Source: an uncultured delta proteobacterium (GTDB lineage: Bacteria; Desulfobacterota; Desulfobaccia; Desulfobaccales; 0-14-0-80-60-11). Taken from it: a stretch of 64,000 nt of DNA. This document shows positions 63,117 through 64,000 of the stretch, piece after piece. Every line of letters begins with the position of its first letter. The first letter of the stretch is position 1. Below the pieces are notes generated by a model that saw only the letters and a list, made by a program, of their open reading frames with translations, was not told the origin of the DNA and made no database searches. A program made the position numbers and the translations under genes. The stretch is taken from positions 576,001 through 640,000 of the forward strand of contig CAWETI010000002.1 of the NCBI GenBank assembly GCA_963812015.1, written 5' to 3'.

Positions 63117-63998
63117 TCAACACTCAAATTTTGCCAGCCAGTAATTGAGGCTTAAGGGGCGCAGGTTTATCCACAGCCGACCCGGGTCGGTCTCGGTCGT
63201 CGCCGGGGGAACCGCGGCGCGCCGGACATAGGCGGCCAGCCCGTCGCATGGCTCAAAGTTATCCAGCCACCGGGAATCGGGGCGGCGGACCAGGGCCAGT
63301 TCGGGATGGTCGACCATGGGCGTTTTGGGACGGCGGCGGATAAGATCCGGCAGACGCTCCTTGGCCAGTTCCCGGAGCATGATCTTATCCACGCACCAGG
63401 GCAGTGGCGGCAGGCTCAGGGCGTAGGTGAGAAGCCGCACATCCAGCAGGGGATGGCGAAACTCCAGCGGCCCCCCCATAACCCCGGCGTCATACTCCAT
63501 TTCGAAACACCCTTGCAAAAAAGACCCGGCCAGAAAGGCGCAGGCTTCGGGGCGCACCGGGGGCTGGGGCGCCGACCTTCGCTTGAAAAGTTGCCACCGG
63601 GCAGGCAGGTCCAGCCGGGCGCTCAGGTCCGGGTCAAGCCACTGGGGGAACCCGTCCTCAGGCTGGCTCCGGCTGTTGCGAGTGCGCCAGCGATCCAGGG
63701 CGGTCCTGAAACCAACTTGCGGCATATGGCCGTAAAGGAAGAGACTGCGCCCCATTCCCGTTACCAGTGGGGCCAGATGCAGGCTCCGGGCCAACTTGTA
63801 GATATACGATTTGGAGGGGTAAAGAATCTCGTCGCCGCCATGGCCGGTGAGGACTACCCGGCTGTGGATAGCGGCCAGCTTGATCATGTCCAACCCGGCT
63901 GCTGCTCCACGGGGATCGTGGCAGGGCTCCGGTTCGCTCAGGTCGGCCTGGCGCTCAAACAGAGCATAATCATCCTGGGGCAGAAACTCGATAGGGAC
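63117..63998 (-). CDS. Asparagine-synthetase-like lasso cyclase, C-terminal part (5' end outside window)
   Basis: Frame is open to the window edge; VLTGHGGDE, EFRHPLLDVRL, DK.MLRE...LPD.IRRRPKTP; located in a cluster with a lasso precursor. Confidence 0.8.
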   Translation of the reverse strand, partial: VPIEFLPQDDYALFERQADLSEPEPCHDPRGAAAGLDMIKLAAIHSRVVLTGHGGDEILYPSKSYIYKLARSLHLAPLVTGMGRSLFLYGHMPQVGFRTALDRWRTRNSRSQPEDGFPQWLDPDLSARLDLPARWQLFKRRSAPQPPVRPEACAFLAGSFLQGCFEMEYDAGVMGGPLEFRHPLLDVRLLTYALSLPPLPWCVDKIMLRELAKERLPDLIRRRPKTPMVDHPELALVRRPDSRWLDNFEPCDGLAAYVRRAAVPPATTETDPGRLWINLRPLSLNYWLAKFEC

Positions 63999-64000
63999 TT

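Noticed and set aside
63117..63998. Ordinary AsnB or polysaccharide amidotransferase
   Set aside because: Possible given the nearby glycan locus, but the lasso precursor and lasso-type kinase within 3.5 kb favour a cyclase; the N-terminus is not visible.

Overview
Bacterial chromosomal window, mostly GC-rich; gene content and GTAG-type REP/MITE repeats suggest a Desulfobacterota (deltaproteobacterial) host, but this is inference only. 1-19.5 kb: housekeeping genes (sigma-70 C-terminus, DksA/TraR, TauE, FkbM methyltransferase, nitrilase, zwf, ECF ATPase and QueT-like S component, NYN protein, glgA, copA, M23 peptidase, SUA5/YrdC family) with nested REP/MITE repeats and a 2.7-kb cargo-carrying IS1595 element. 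19.7-22.2 kb: orphan phage-like exonuclease plus putative annealase with a divergent XRE repressor. 24.2-58.2 kb (minus strand): a large Wzx/Wzy-type polysaccharide locus (wza, wzc, flippase, polymerase, many glycosyl- and methyltransferases, wecB) riddled with IS1595, IS3 and IS630 elements and headed by a frameshifted NusG-paralog antiterminator. 58.5-64 kb (minus strand) holds the best find: a lasso-peptide-type RiPP cluster. It contains an asparagine-synthetase-like cyclase (partial), a TPR/GT41 (OGT/SPINDLY-like) glycosyltransferase, a 48-aa precursor missed by the ORF track (60803..60949; predicted core ATGRNGNTDTGGWTGRNKTAA), an HPr-kinase-like kinase and a PRMT-like methyltransferase with a PqqD/RRE-like tail, all co-oriented directly upstream of the polysaccharide locus. 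All family calls come from motif recognition by eye; no database searches were run.
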